A DNA stretch of 64,000 bases, from positions 229,960,001 to 230,024,000 of the forward strand of contig NC_086097.1 of NCBI RefSeq assembly GCF_963921235.1. The letters are read 5' to 3'. The position numbers and the translations under genes are program-made. Source of the stretch: Mobula hypostoma (lineage: Eukaryota). Under the pieces are notes generated by a model that had not been told where the DNA came from, ran no database searches, and was given only the letters and a program-made list of their open reading frames with translations. Shown here one piece after another: positions 40,001 to 50,539 of the stretch (its first letter is position 1; every line of letters begins with the position of its first letter).

Positions 40001-42828
40001 GAATTGATGGCTTTGTGGCAAAGTTTGCGGATGACACGAAGGTAGGTGGGGGGGCAGGGGGTGGTAGGTAGTGCTGAGGAAGCAATGCGGTTGCAACAGA
40101 ACTTGGGACAAATAGGAAGAACGGGCAAAAAAGTGGCAGATGGAATACAGTGTTGGGAAATGTATGATGATGCATTGTGGTAAAAGGAACAATAGTACAG
40201 ACTATTATCTAAATGGGGAGAAGGTTCAAACATCAGAGCTGCAGAGGGACTTAGTCCTCGTGGATGACTCCCAGAAGGTTAATTTACCCTAATCGGTCAG
40301 GGCATCAAAGGCAAAAAGACAGGCATGTGGGGTTGAGTGGGATTTGGGATCAACCATGATGGAATTGCAGAATAGACTTGATGGGCTGAATGGCCTAATT
40401 CTGCTACTATGTGTATGGTCTTATAGTATTGATCGTAATTTCTGGAACTTTTTACCCCCAATGATCCAACTCTGCACCCTTTCTCTCCATCTTTAATTAA
40501 AGCACATATTCTGTCCTCATAGTAGCTACATGTCATTGTCCATTCTTGCTCCCTAATGTCTTCTGAGGATAGGTTGAGTGAGCCAGTGTATTTTCCTTTG
40601 GAACAAAGGAGGATGAGTGATGACTTGAGAGAGGTAAACACTACTTTGAGGATAATCATCTTGTCGTAGTGGTAAGGCTTGTGTGTTCCGGAGAGCCGGA
40701 GAGTGATGGTGTCTGGATCTTAGCTCCTGGTAGGGTCACCAGCAGCGGTAAGATCAAGGGGCAGGCTCCAACCGAAGAGCCAATCCAACCCACACTTCAA
40801 CAATGGTGCTGGAAGACGATGATGACACAATGCCAGTGAAGACATAGGAAGGCTGCAGCAGCGAAGGTTCCCCAGTCATCTTGCATACGATGCCACTGGA
40901 CCCTGACAAGGACCACGTGGTGGTTGCACATGCATCTGCCTCCCGACGTTAAAGAAAGTCATGCACAGGTGTTCTCCATAAAGTGAACCTACCCGAACAT
41001 CTCGGATTAAGTCCCGTGGAATATGCGGATCCTTGATTGGCCTCTGCAGCCACCTGACGACTCACCAATACACAATCCCTTAGGAGAACATCATACTCAA
41101 CTCAAAGGATTGCAAGGAGAGGAATACAAGATGATAAGAGGCATGGTTAGTGTGGATAGCCAGAGACTTCTTCCCAGGAAGGAAGTGGCTAATATGGGGA
41201 GGGGCATAATTTTCAGATGATTGGAGGAAAGTATACAGAGTAGGGGAATGTCAGAGAAAGGTGTTTTTGTGCAAGTGAGTGGAGGGTGCACGGAATGGTG
41301 CAGGCTGATACATTAAGGACACTTACTTAAGAAAATCTTAGATAGGCACATAGATGATATAAAAATGGAGGGCTACAATGTATGTCAGAGGGAAAAGTTA
41401 CATTGATCTTCGAGTTTGTTAAAAGGTCGGCACAATATTGTGGGCCAAAGAGCCTGTATTGTGATCCATGTTCTAATTCGGTGTTCCATGTTCCAATTTC
41501 CTTGTTAACTGCCTTTGAACAATATACATATTAGAAGTACCTTAAGTATTATCACTCATTGATAAAAGAATAATTGGTACATGAATACTTTCTAGTATTC
41601 AGCTGGCAACCAGGCATTCCTGAAATATTCGCATCTCAATTTTTCTTTCCTCTTCTCAAAGATGATGAATCCTGTTGGGAGTACAAGTGAAAAGGCACTA
41701 TGGGCTTCTGGTGCCTTGCAGGGATGTAGGGAAAGATGGGCCGAACAGCTCCTGAGCACATCAATTTTCCCATAGGTATGCTTTTAAACCATACGTATTT
41801 AGTAAAAGGAAAGATACAGCAATGAACTGTGTGAGCAGAAATTAAGAGTCTCTTTGAGTGGCAAAGATAAACTGGATCAAAATCCAAGTTGGAGACTGAA
41901 ACAAAAGGAGCTGGTACACATTATAACTTTCACCATCGGTAATCTGTAGTTGGGTGGTGAGGCAGTGATACATCTCTATCCAGAGGCACTTCTTCCCTCC
42001 GCTAGCCTGCAGGTCACTCTTGGGCAAGGTGTAGCACCTGCTTAACCCCCCGATCAGGGTCACATGAAACCACAGGAGCCGATGGTGGGTGGTCGTATAA
42101 GCAGCTGGTGCATACACAAGTCCTTGTTATGAGATCGCTGACGACAGGCAGACAATCTCTGAAAAGTATTGATAGTGGCTGGGGCCACCTGTTTTCTAAA
42201 GACACTGCCAAGGAGGAGGCAATGGCAAACCACTTCTGTAGAAAAATTTGCCAAGAACAATCATGGTCGTGGAAAGACCATCATTGTCCATGTCATAAGG
42301 CACAGCACATAACAAACAAACTCATTTGTAAATCTCAAAGTATTATCCATACCTTCTAGGATACCAAAACCTTTTGTCCATAGAAGGGTTATCAGATTTT
42401 ACTCTTCCCTTTCTTTCCTGATCTTCCCATCTTGCAATCCCACTCTGAAGCCTGTTCCTTCAGCTACTTCCCACATCCTTGAATTATATTTTGGTTCTCA
42501 TCCTGAGTACTGACCCAGTGACAGGCACAGATATCCAGAAAGTTACATGAATGATATATTAAGCAGAGGAAAAGCTGCTTATTGGGTTCTGAGGACCGAC
42601 TGAAAACTGGATAATGCACGATTCAGTAGAATAGGAAAGGATATGCTTTATTTTGTTTGTTAAGATTAATTTCTCTTACCTGTTGCAGCTACTGCACAAG
42701 AAAATGAAAACAATCATGACCAAAAAGGCACAAGCAAAGGTAAATAGGCCCCAGAAAATGACTTGATATTGTCCACTGTCAAGTAACCCTGGGATAACTC
42801 CAACAACGTCAGCAGAAATTGGAGCCAT
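11343..42828 (-). CDS. PAG1: PAG1/Cbp transmembrane adaptor, spliced CDS join(42828-42680, 34500-34467, 31066-30976, 29747-29248, 11687-11343), 1119 nt, 372 aa
   Basis: Manual splicing gives MAPISADVVGVIPGLLDSGQYQVIFWGLFTFACAFLVMIVFIFLCSSCNR-SPDKEDNLLNM-PSEKETNS...LTNGD-VLSDQST...SRELPEIP...YEVLKDSSS...DSLYETVKE...LDENIE-IAAMYSTV...ENDYESICEVNQK*. This is collinear with human PAG1 as I recall it (GSGQMQITLWG..FLCSSCDR, SRELPRIP, YEVLKDSSS, LYETVKE, ISAMYSSV, ENDYESI). All introns are GT-AG and the phases 2,0,1,0 match. Confidence 0.96.
11960..12725 (+). mobile_element. CR1 3' fragment interrupted by a young opposite-strand CR1 3' end (about 12165-12329)
   Basis: RGIFFTQRVVRVRNEL...LKRSLDRY in ORF 12346..12729. 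The nested piece starts with the (catagaaa)n tail. Confidence 0.8.
13820..14235 (+). mobile_element. CR1 LINE 3' end
   Basis: aacttcttcactcagagggtcgtgagagtgtggaatgagctgcc...gggccgaagggcctgtttctgtgctgta. Confidence 0.85.
15609..17218 (+). mobile_element. Tigger/pogo-like DNA transposon, internally deleted and non-autonomous
   Basis: TA flanks at 15607-8 and 17219-20. Imperfect TIRs caggtatcccccgc / gtgggggaaacctc. N-terminal HTH remnant MRPKVSEKPKRARKGVTLSIKLDIIKRFDRG at about 15824. C-terminal remnants DEDDVEEALASHDQELIDEEL and DFNFER..YKELYDRK. No DDE core seen. Confidence 0.85.
16401..16632. repeat. ~103-bp-arm inverted repeat nested inside the Tigger-like element
   Basis: 16401-16503 versus 16530-16632, with a 57-bp perfect core cagcacatctttaag...ggtgccgccc. 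Confidence 0.92.
18956..20824 (-). mobile_element. Penelope-like element with RT and GIY-YIG remnants and a short inverted 5' terminus
   Basis: RT motifs MDVQSLYTSVPH, MGTCISPSYACLF, LHYIDD. DSHRYLDF..SSQFLCLCRICS. EQHLVFHLGSLQPDGMN. 13-bp TSD agctctagttcag at 18943-18955 and 20825-20837. Confidence 0.92.
21275..21570 (+). mobile_element. CR1 3' end fragment
   Basis: ctaggatcagagggcacagcctcagaataaag...aggagaaatttcttcaacca. Confidence 0.75.
22045..22260 (+). mobile_element. tRNA-derived V-SINE-like (HE1-type) remnant; similar copies at about 14690-14945, 45045-45352 (minus) and 59075-59330
   Basis: ggtgccacggtagcgtag head, ggagttcaattc B-box, and V-domain-like gtttcctcccacag...gtaggttaattggtcattgtaaattgtcc. 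Confidence 0.7.
23749..24236 (+). mobile_element. Non-autonomous Tc1-like element
   Basis: TIRs cactcggtggccactttatt / aataaattggccaccgagtg, left flank TA. Same family at 37064-37636 and 55354-55857. Confidence 0.85.
24249..24491. mobile_element. Palindromic Penelope-derived mini-element
   Basis: Inverted arms tgctggaggaactcagcag... / ...ctgctgagttcctccagca, tail on the left. Flanks share taatgacc at 24241-24248 and 24492-24499. Confidence 0.85.
24384..24419 (+). ncRNA. Minimal type I hammerhead ribozyme motif, apparently intact
   Basis: GGTC-CTGATGA-AGGGT ctc ACCCT-GAAA-CGTT-GACT: 5-bp helix II, palindromic ACGU helix III, GUU cleavage triplet. Confidence 0.7.
25730..26520 (-). mobile_element. 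Decayed CR1 3' fragments
   Basis: Minus-strand ORF 26200..26391 has LTLVRRSWSVVCSFDYP, a degenerate LVRPHLEYCVQFWSP. Confidence 0.7.
26557..26638. mobile_element. ~80-bp hAT/Charlie-like MITE
   Basis: TIRs (c)aggggttcccaac / gttgggaacccctg. Second copy at 37327-37405. Confidence 0.7.
26802..27630. mobile_element. Tc1/mariner (Tigger-like) non-autonomous element
   Basis: TA|cagtggactctggctaactg ... cagtaaactggaatccactg|TA. Confidence 0.8.
27885..28012 (-). mobile_element. Penelope-like 3' terminus fragment with degenerate hammerhead motif; others at about 14420-14560, 31265-31560 and 32048-32150
   Basis: ctgtagatgccagaaatcc..caaaatgctg..caggcagcatcta. Minus strand CTGATGA AGGGT ctg ACCCT GAAC. 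Confidence 0.7.
28205..28990 (-). mobile_element. CR1 LINE 3' part
   Basis: MRGDLVEEYKIMGGIDRVN...FTQRVGRVWNGLP. Confidence 0.88.
29248..29747 (-). CDS. PAG1: PAG1 500-nt coding exon with SH3-ligand-like RELPEIP and YEVL, YETV, YATV motifs
   Basis: Lies inside ORF 29221..29775. Acceptor tttgctttggtag, donor GAG|gtgagc. Phase 1 to 0. Confidence 0.95.
30034..30605 (-). mobile_element. Rex1/Babar-like LINE 3' end inserted in a CR1 3' fragment (about 29930-30715)
   Basis: (atcaga)n tail. TLKNFYSCTVESILTGCITVWYEGATAQDRKKLQKVV. Confidence 0.85.
30976..31066 (-). CDS. PAG1: PAG1 91-nt coding exon, PSEKETNSYLVSSRSELPANGHTESLTNGD
   Basis: Acceptor tgtttttcag, donor G|gtaagg. Matches human PSDKE...ALTNGD. 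Phase 0 to 1. Confidence 0.93.
32195..32770 (+). mobile_element. V-SINE-like element hosting a nested SINE
   Basis: tRNA-like head gtggcgcggtggttagc...ggttcaattcc, V-domain tgctccggtttcctcccacagtccaaagatg, A-rich tail. Confidence 0.8.
32381..32681 (+). mobile_element. tRNA-derived SINE, same head as 6097-6215 but a different tail
   Basis: A-box tggccaagtgg, B-box gttcgagcc. 13-bp TSD taaatctggactg at 32368-32380 and 32682-32694. Confidence 0.88.
32785..33530 (+). mobile_element. CR1 LINE 3' part
   Basis: ctggttagacctcaggtggaatattgtgtccagttctgg. IFFTQRLVSVWNAL. Confidence 0.85.
33695..34270 (-). mobile_element. CR1 3' end containing a palindromic Penelope mini-element (about 33990-34188) with an expanded (AC)n at 34035-34065
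   Basis: IEVYKIMRDIARIN is interrupted. tcagtgg..aaaa is repeated on both sides of the insert. Confidence 0.8.
34467..34500 (-). CDS. PAG1: PAG1 34-nt coding micro-exon, (R)SPDKEDNLLNM
   Basis: Acceptor tgtccttctactgacag, donor ATG|gtaagt. Takes phase 2 to phase 0. Resembles human ...GDHENLMNV. Confidence 0.88.
34579..35455. mobile_element. PIF/Harbinger-like non-autonomous DNA transposon
   Basis: TIRs ggccctgtccacactagactggataa / ttatctggtctagtgtggacgtagct, flanks tga/tta (TWA-like), subterminal gtccaca/gtggac repeats. Confidence 0.75.
37064..37636 (+). mobile_element. Tc1-like element with nested hAT/Charlie-like MITE (37327-37405)
   Basis: TIRs cactcactgaccacttcatt / ataaagtgaccactcagtg. 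The nested MITE is flanked by ttctagag / ctctagag (8 bp). Confidence 0.8.
38855..40430 (+). mobile_element. CR1 LINE ORF2 (RT), decayed, with internal deletion before the 3' tail
   Basis: aattataggccagttagcctaacctcagtggttggg (NYRPVSLTSVVG), gatgtcatttacttggattttcag (DVIYLDFQ), aagtttgcggatgacacgaag (KFADDTK). Confidence 0.92.
40640..41115 (+). mobile_element. RTE-5'UTR-like non-autonomous insert within a CR1 3' fragment (about 40560-41475)
   Basis: cttgtcgtagtggtaaggcttgtgtg...ctcctggtagggtcacc resembles RTE/Rex3 5' ends as I recall them. The CR1 sequence stops at gagaggta and resumes at gagaggaa. Confidence 0.55.
41945..42322 (+). mobile_element. SINE-like element with RTE-type 3' tail
   Basis: ggcaatggcaaaccacttctgtag...ttgccaagaacaatcatgg, ending in (aaac)n. 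Confidence 0.6.
42680..42828 (-). CDS. PAG1: PAG1 first coding exon: short ectodomain, TM helix, CSSC palmitoylation motif (whole exon 42886-42680 including 5' UTR)
   Basis: ATG at 42828. Acceptor ttttcatatatttcag precedes 42886, with a ctaat branch-point-like site. Donor AG|gtaaga. 149 coding nt, phase 2. Too short for the ORF track. Confidence 0.95.
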
Positions 42829-42863
42829 TAGGAAGGCAGGAGGTTCCTATTACTGAATGACAT
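42828..42863 (-). promoter_or_regulatory. uORF MSFSNRNLLPS* whose TAA overlaps the PAG1 ATG (TAATG)
   Basis: Minus strand reads ATG TCA TTC AGT AAT AGG AAC CTC CTG CCT TCC TAA TG, inside the first coding exon. Confidence 0.7.
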
Positions 42864-45389
42864 CAGTGTAGAAATCTTCCTAGGACCTGAAATATATGAA
42901 AAGCACAAAAACATTCTTATTAGTAATCAGTCATACATGCAAGTAAGAGTAGGAGAAGGCTTTTCAGAAAACCATGGCTGATCTTCTATTGCCCAAACCT
43001 CACATTCCTGTCCTAGCTCCATAATTCCTTAATCCTTTAGAACCAAACATTTGACGATAAAGTAAACACAGTTACTGACCCTGCAGAGGGCACTGGGCTG
43101 GAGAATTTCAAAAGCTCACAATCCTTTATGTGAAGAAATTTCTCCTCATCTCAGCTCTGAATGTCCTATGCTTTGAGGATGAACCCTAAGTCTACACTTA
43201 TTAACTGGGGGAACATTCTCCTCAGATCTATCATGTTGCGCTCTATCATCTTTCTGAACTTGTATTACTGCAACATGACTTCATAACTTTTACACTCAGT
43301 GCTACAACCGATGAAGGCAGGTCAGGCATGTCCCTCTTTTGTGCATTCTACTTGTATCACCACCTCCAGGAACTACAGACTTGCACCCCAAGATCCGTCT
43401 GCACATTTATGCACCCAAAGGTCATACCAATTACTGCACACTTTTCTCTTACATTTGACCTCCCAAAGTGCCACACTTCACAACTGTCCATATCAAACTC
43501 TTCAAATTCATAGCAACATCTTGAATGGCATTGCTTTTGTTTCCTGAAAGAAATCAGTTTGCTTGCCAAAGAGAGCTGAAAAATGTATTTATACTTGGTG
43601 ATTTTTTACTTTAATGGTTACTCCAAACAATATCAGTTGTATGTGATAGGTGGTAAGGTTGAAGTCAACACAAAATGGTGGAGTTGTGGTTAGCTAGGAT
43701 GGTTTTCAAGGGATTCAGCAGGACATAGATCAGTTGGAAATATAGGGCCACAAATATCAGATGGGATACCATTAATTATAAATCCCACATCAAATCTTTC
43801 TGTGGCCTCTTATGGAACCGCAACATTATAAGCTTTGTAAAACCAACTAAGTTGAACAAATGTGCATTGAAAATAGAAAATGACAGAATAACAGTTTTGC
43901 ACAAAGTACTTTGGCACTGGATGAGAATACTTTAAAACACTGTCACATAACCTCAATGTAGAATGCATTGGAATCAGCTTGATTTACTTGAAATCAAGAT
44001 TTATCTCAACTTAACATATTTTGAAGATGAATATGCTCCAGTTTTATATCTACAGATTTATTCTCATTTGAACTTGCATTTTATAGATTTCCTGTTTGAT
44101 GTATTTATTTTAAGTTAATAAGTTCAGTCACTTTGAAACAGGGAACACGCTTCACTGCCCTTAATCTCATTTTGAGAGGCCACCTCCGATTTTACACAAG
44201 TATATTTTTGTATCCTTGAAGGTCCTTGCTGATGACCAGAATCATTTTAACAGCAGACTTATTTTTAGACTTAAGTTGAAATGATAATGTACAACCAGAT
44301 TGTGGAAAGTTCAGAAGGGAGAAAAGGGGTAATTATTTTTCAAACTCTTTTTGCTGTTAAAGTACTTAAGTGAAGCATCTTTAATGAGGAAGTCATTCAG
44401 ATGGCAGCTGGCTATTACTGTATAACTATCTGAATACAACTTACATATGCTGTGTATTTTGTATATATATTAACATTTTTATCTTTCAAATATATTTTAT
44501 ATATTATACATTAAAAAGATAATTTTTAATGGTCTCTAAATGTCTAACGATAAATATTTTTAAAGAGGCAGTTACCTGATTAAGGATTGAGGCTTCGGCT
44601 GTATAGAAGCTTGAATTCACAAAGTTAAATGACAGTTAGAATCAGAAACAGGTTTATTATGCCATATGCTGTGAAATGTGTTGTTTTGTGGCAGCAGTAC
44701 AGTGCAGGACATAAAAATTACTATAATTTCAAATAAATAAATCGTGGAAAAGAGGAGTATCAAGTTCATGGACCGTTCAAGAGTCTGATGACAGAGGGGA
44801 AGTTGTTCCTAAAATGTTGAGTATGGGTCTTCAGGCGTCTGTATCGCCTACCCAATGGTAGTAATGAGAATAATGAATTATGCAGCAAATCCTTTTCAAT
44901 TTTAAATTTCTACCACTCCAGCATCAACATTTTCTCAATTCCATTCTAGCGCGTGTTACACAACCTGAAGCTGTGATGAATAGGCCACCTTGAATACCAT
45001 GCTGATATGGCAGGTACTTGCTTAAACCAGGCTCAAAAGATTGGGGATGAGCTTCGTTTGTCACACGAACACTGAAACAAAGTGAAATGAATTACGTACC
45101 TCAAATCAAACTAGTGAGGATTGTGCTGGACAACCTGCAAATGTCACCACACATCTAGAACCAACACAGCAAGCTCACAACTCAATAAACATTACTGTAT
45201 GCCTTTGGAACGTTGGAGGAAACTGGAGCACCCGGAGGAAACCTGCATGGTCACGGAGAGAACTCCTTACAGGCAGCGGAGGGAATGGATCCGCAGTCTT
45301 ACAGCTGATACAGGAAAGCATTGCGCTAACTGTTACTCTACCGTACTGCCCACGTAATCTAGTACCCAGGGCTTGCTTAAAGCCCCAGT

Positions 45390-46060
45390 GGGGGTGCAAA
45401 GGGACTTGGGAATTCCAGGGCAGGATTCCCTAAAGGCTAACCTGCAGGCTGAATCAGTAGTTAGGAAAGCTTATTCAATGTTACTATTTATTTCAAGAAG
45501 ACTAGAATATAAAAGCAGGGAAGTAATGCTGAGCTTTTATGAGACTTTGGTCAGACCACGTTTGGAGTGTTGCAAACAGTTCTGGACCCCATATTTTTTT
45601 TAAAAAAGATGTCAAATACTGGGTGAACGAGTAGTCTTTGGGGTACTGCGTCTGTAAGTATTAATGCTTTGCTGCACGCTTAAGTGCTTGGTAGAGGGTG
45701 CAGATGCTTTTTTGCTGGTGGGGGAGGGGGTTTGCTGTTGCTTATGCATGGCAGGGGGAGCTGGGGGGGGCTTTGGGATTCTAACATTTAACTGTTGTTC
45801 ATTCTTTGGGGCACTGTTTTCGTGGATGTTTGCAAAGAAAAAGAATTTCAGGATGTATATTGTATACATTTCTCTGACATTAAATGTACCCATTGAAACC
45901 TATACAATATTTAAAGTGAAGGCGGATGTGTTTTTTTTTAGTTAAGGCATCAATGTTTATGGGAAGAAGGCAGGAGAATGAGGCTTAGAGGAAAAATAAA
46001 TTAGCCATGATCAAATGATGGAGCAGGCTTGATTAGCTGAATAACCCAATTCTGTGCCCA
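45390..46060 (+). mobile_element. CR1 3' fragments split by another repeat (about 45612-45900)
   Basis: VQRDLG...RKAYSMLLFISRRLEYKSREVMLSFYETLVRPRLECCKQFWTPY. Confidence 0.8.
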
Positions 46061-46214
46061 CTCGTTAAGGATTTTCCTTGTCATCATTAATGCTTATAGT
46101 AATATATCTCATCTAGTGTTATTTAGCAAGGAAACCACAGATTTCTGGCTAACATCAGGACTTCATACAAAACTGGAAAATGTGATGGTTATGATGGGAA
46201 AAACTTGCAGCACA

Positions 46215-47195
46215 GGGCTGTGTGCTTAACCCCTGCTCTACTTGTTTTACACCCCTGACTGTGTGGCTAAGCACGGCTCCAGCACCATCTTCAGCTTGCT
46301 GATGACACCAATGTTGTGGGCCGTATCAAAGGTGGTGGTAATTCAGCATACAGGAGGGAGATTGAAAATTTGGCTGAGTGGTGTCAGAACAACAACCTCT
46401 CACTCAATGTCAGCAAGATCAAGGAGCGATTGTAGGCTTTAGGAGAAGGAAACTAGCGGTTCATGAGCCAGTCCTCATTGGCAGATCAGAGGCGGAGACG
46501 GTCAGTAACTTTAAATTCCTGGGTGTCACTGTCTCAGAGGACCTTTCCTGGACCCGTCATATAAATGTAATTGCAAAGAAAGCACAACAGCGCCTCTACT
46601 TCCTTAGGAGTCTGCGAAGATTTAAAAACTTTGACGAACTTCTGTTGATGTGTATCGGAGAGTGTACTGCCTGGCTGCATCATGGCCTAGAATGGGAATA
46701 CCAATGTCTTTGAATGGAAAATCCTGCAAAAGGTAGTAGTTTCGGCCCAGTACATCAAGGGTAAATCCCTCCTAACCATCGAGCACACCTATATGAAACA
46801 CTGTCGTAAGAAAGCAGCATCCATCATTAAAGATCCCCACCACCCAGGCTATCGCTTATCTCACTGCTGCCATCAAGCCGAAGGTACAAGAGCCTCAGGA
46901 CTCGCACCACTAGGTTCAAGAACAGTTACTACCTCTCAACCATCAGGCTCTTGAACAAAAGGGAATAACTACGTTCATCTATTGAGATGCTCATACAACA
47001 AATGATCTCACTTTAAGGATTCTTCATCTTATTTCATGTTCTTGTTATTTATTGCTATTTATTTATATTTGCATTCGCACAGTTTGTTGTCTTCTATGCT
47101 CTACTTGATCGCTTATTGATCCTGCAGGAAAAAGAACCTCAGGGTTGTATTTGGTGATGCATAGTTACTCTTACAATAAAATTTACTTTGAACTT
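46215..47195 (+). mobile_element. Rex1/Babar-like LINE, RT C-terminus and 3' UTR
   Basis: FKFLGVTVSEDLSWTRHINVIAKKAQQRLYFLRSLRRF. Tail aataaaatttactttgaactt. Confidence 0.9.
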
Positions 47196-47549
47196 CAAAT
47201 TATATCCAAATTGGTTCAGTTGTGTAAAAAATACAGTCTTATAACATGACATTAAACTTGGACCAGTGAAAATGAATTCAAAGTATTGTAATGAATTACA
47301 AAAGTTAAGACAGTTTGAATGATATCATATGAAACAGGCCACATAATTCCACGATGATTTAAGACATTCAGAAAAATGCTAGGGGATACTGGGACTTAGC
47401 TGGATGGATAAATTTACGTAAGTTGAGTAACCTTTTCTGTAATTATCCTGAAAATATTAACCTTTTCAATGGTCCTGCATTTGTCAGTCTGATTATAAGC
47501 AAAAAATATTTGTTGGGTACTTCTTCCTTCCACAAGAATGGGGTTAAGA

Positions 47550-48850
47550 CTACAAGATATACAGTAGGAGCAGAAATAGGCCATTTGGCCCATTGAGTCT
47601 GCTCTGCCATTTTATCATGGCTGATCAATTTCTCCTCTCAGCCCCAATCTTCTGCCTTCTCCCAGCATCCCTTCATGCCCTGACCAATCAAGAATCTATC
47701 AACTTCTGTCGTAAATCTATGTAAACACTTGGCCTCCAATGAATTCCACAGATTCACCACTCTCTGGCTAAAGAAATTCTTCCTCATCTCCATTCTAAAA
47801 GGACGCCCCTCTATTCTGAGGCTGTGTCTTGGACTCACCCATCATAAGAAACACCCTCCCCATATTCACCCTATCAAAGTCTTTTGCCATTCAATAGGTT
47901 TCAATTAGGTCACCCCTCATTCTTCTGAATACTAGTGAATACAGCCCCAGAGCCAAACGTTCTTCATATGACAAGGGGTACAATCCAGGAATCATTTTCA
48001 TGAACCTCCTTTGAACCCACTGAGGTTTCAGAATGTCCTCTCGAAGATAAGGGGCCCAAAACTGCTTACAATACTCCAAGTGAGGCCTCAACATTACATC
48101 CTTGCCTTTATATTCTAATCCTCTTGAAAAGAAAGCTAGTATCACATTTGCCTTCCTCACTGCAGGCTCAACCTGCAATTTACCCTTTAGATAATCCTGA
48201 ACAAGGACTCCCAAGTTCCTTTGCACCTCAGTTTTTTGTATTTTCTCTCTATTTAGAAAATAGTCTACTCTTTTAATTTCTTCTCCCAAGGTGCATGACC
48301 ACATACTTCCCTACACTGTATTCCAACTGCCTCTTCTTTGCCCATTCTCTTAATCTGTCCAATTCCTCATGTAGCCTCTCTACTTCCTCAAAACTACCTG
48401 ACCTTCCATCTATCTTTGTATTGTCTGCAAACTTTGACATGAAGCCATCAATTCTGTCATCCAAATCATTGGCATGTAATGTAAGAAGAATTGGGCCGAA
48501 CAAAGGCCCCTGTGGTTCACCAGCAGCCAACTAGCCAACCAGTAACGGCTTTCTTTATTCCCACTCTTGACCTCCTGTCATTCAGCCACTGCTTTATCCA
48601 TTCCAGAATCTTCCCTGTAATACTGCGGGCTCATAACTTGTTAAGCAGCCTTATGTGTGGCACCTTGTCAAAGGCATTCTGAAAAACCCAAGTACACAAC
48701 AACAACAGATTTGACAGGAAATCCTCGAGGAAACATGCTGACTACGGCCTATTTCATCATGCAGCTCCAAACACCCTGAATCCACAAACTTAACAATCGA
48801 CTCCAACATCCTCCCCACCACTGACTTTAGGCTAACCAATCTATCAGTTC
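47550..48850 (-). mobile_element. CR1 LINE RT to 3' end
   Basis: GEPQGPLFGP...KFADNTK, LRPHLEYCKQFWAPY, KNFFSQRVVNLWNSL. Confidence 0.92.
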
Positions 48851-50539
48851 CCTTCTTAGTTTTCTGGAACCATTAAGGAGGAATGGGATCAGCCAAGATG
48901 AAATGGTGGAGCAGGCTCGATGGGCCAAATGGCCCAATTCTGCTATGTCTTATGGTCCTATAACAAAAATAAAATGGAGGTTATTCTTATTCAGTAGCCA
49001 AAGTTAGAGAAAAAATTGCACAAAAGGATGGCATGGACTAGATGGGCTGAAGGGTCTGTTTATATGCTGTATTTTTCTATGACTGTGACTCTAAAGTGTT
49101 GTAAAGATCATTGCTCCGAAAAGAAGCTTGATTAGCAGTACAGCAGCTGTTTTACAGCAATTTGTCACTGCTTTAGAGAAAGAAACCATTGCTGGAATTA
49201 TGTTGCTGACAGAGCGCTGGCTGAGTGGAATCTGCATTACAGGCAGCTGCACCAGTGTGGAAACTAAGAAACACATGAGCTGCATTTACTTGTTACAGAT
49301 GGCCAAGCCAGGAAGAAAGTTAGCTTGTACTGGAGAAAAGCCACCAGCTTTATCTGCCAATAATTACAGTATATCCAAGCCAGATAGGATATCGAGGAAA
49401 CCAAGCCAGTTAAATACTGGGTGAACAATTTTGCTGTCACTGAATTGGCCAATTAGAGTGAATGGTTTGTACAGAATCATACACAACGAGCAGCGAGTGG
49501 GCCAAGTGTGGCACATTGATGTGAGAGATGGCAGGCTAAATAGGAAATCAGAAATTCAGGAGCTAATTGTGGGCATGCTTCTTTTCCAAAGAGTAGGGAA
49601 AGGTTCTTGGGTGGTTGGAGGTTAGAGGCACATGGGATATAAGCAGAGTTCAGAGTCCCAAAGTAAAATCATACAAACAGCAACTGTCTAATGTTCCACA
49701 CCTTTTACTTATGTCCTGGCAATTTCCAGCTATCCTGGAAACGATTTGCAAGTACATGGCACCCGAGCTCCACGTCCACTTTAAAACATTTGCTATTAAA
49801 AGCTCAAACAGCTTGTGAGTATTAAAGCTGTCCAGAATTAACTTTCTTGATATTGAATCTCTGTATTACTCAACATCAGATCTCTATTCATCCAATATTC
49901 TGAGTTATGATTTATCCCATAAAGAATTAATTTGAAAGCAATCCAAGTCACAAAACAATCAATCACACAAACACAGTATTACCCAACATTATTAATGTGT
50001 GATCAATGAATACCATTGCTAATACCTCCTTCACTTTAAACAGAGCCAATTACATAACTGGCTCTGGCAGATATTGGGAAAACTGGTATGTATCACACAT
50101 GAAAACAACAAGGGCAATTTGCTTAATTGCATAATGTATATTTTTACATGAACTGGACAACATTTATGTAGAAGTGATAAACTTGTCCACAAATCTTTAT
50201 TTTTAAGAAAATGCAAATTTGAGACCAGTTTGAATTATAATAGATACTTCAGTTCAGCGAAAAACAACTGCTCTTAATGATCGTAAGAACCAAAGTAAAT
50301 TGCTTCTGCACGCTCCACATATCTTGTTCCAATTTTTGCTTATCGAGAGGCACTGCTGCCACTGAGAGTCTGCAAATGGAATCACACCAGCTGATTATCA
50401 GACAAGGCTGACCACAATTTGGCTCCCCTATTCATTTCCAATCCCACAGATTATTGCTGACATTCTACTTTTAATGGACAGTGGTCTTTATTTAGCTTCA
50501 TGGTGAACCTGACACGTTAAGAGGACTCTCAATTAACAG

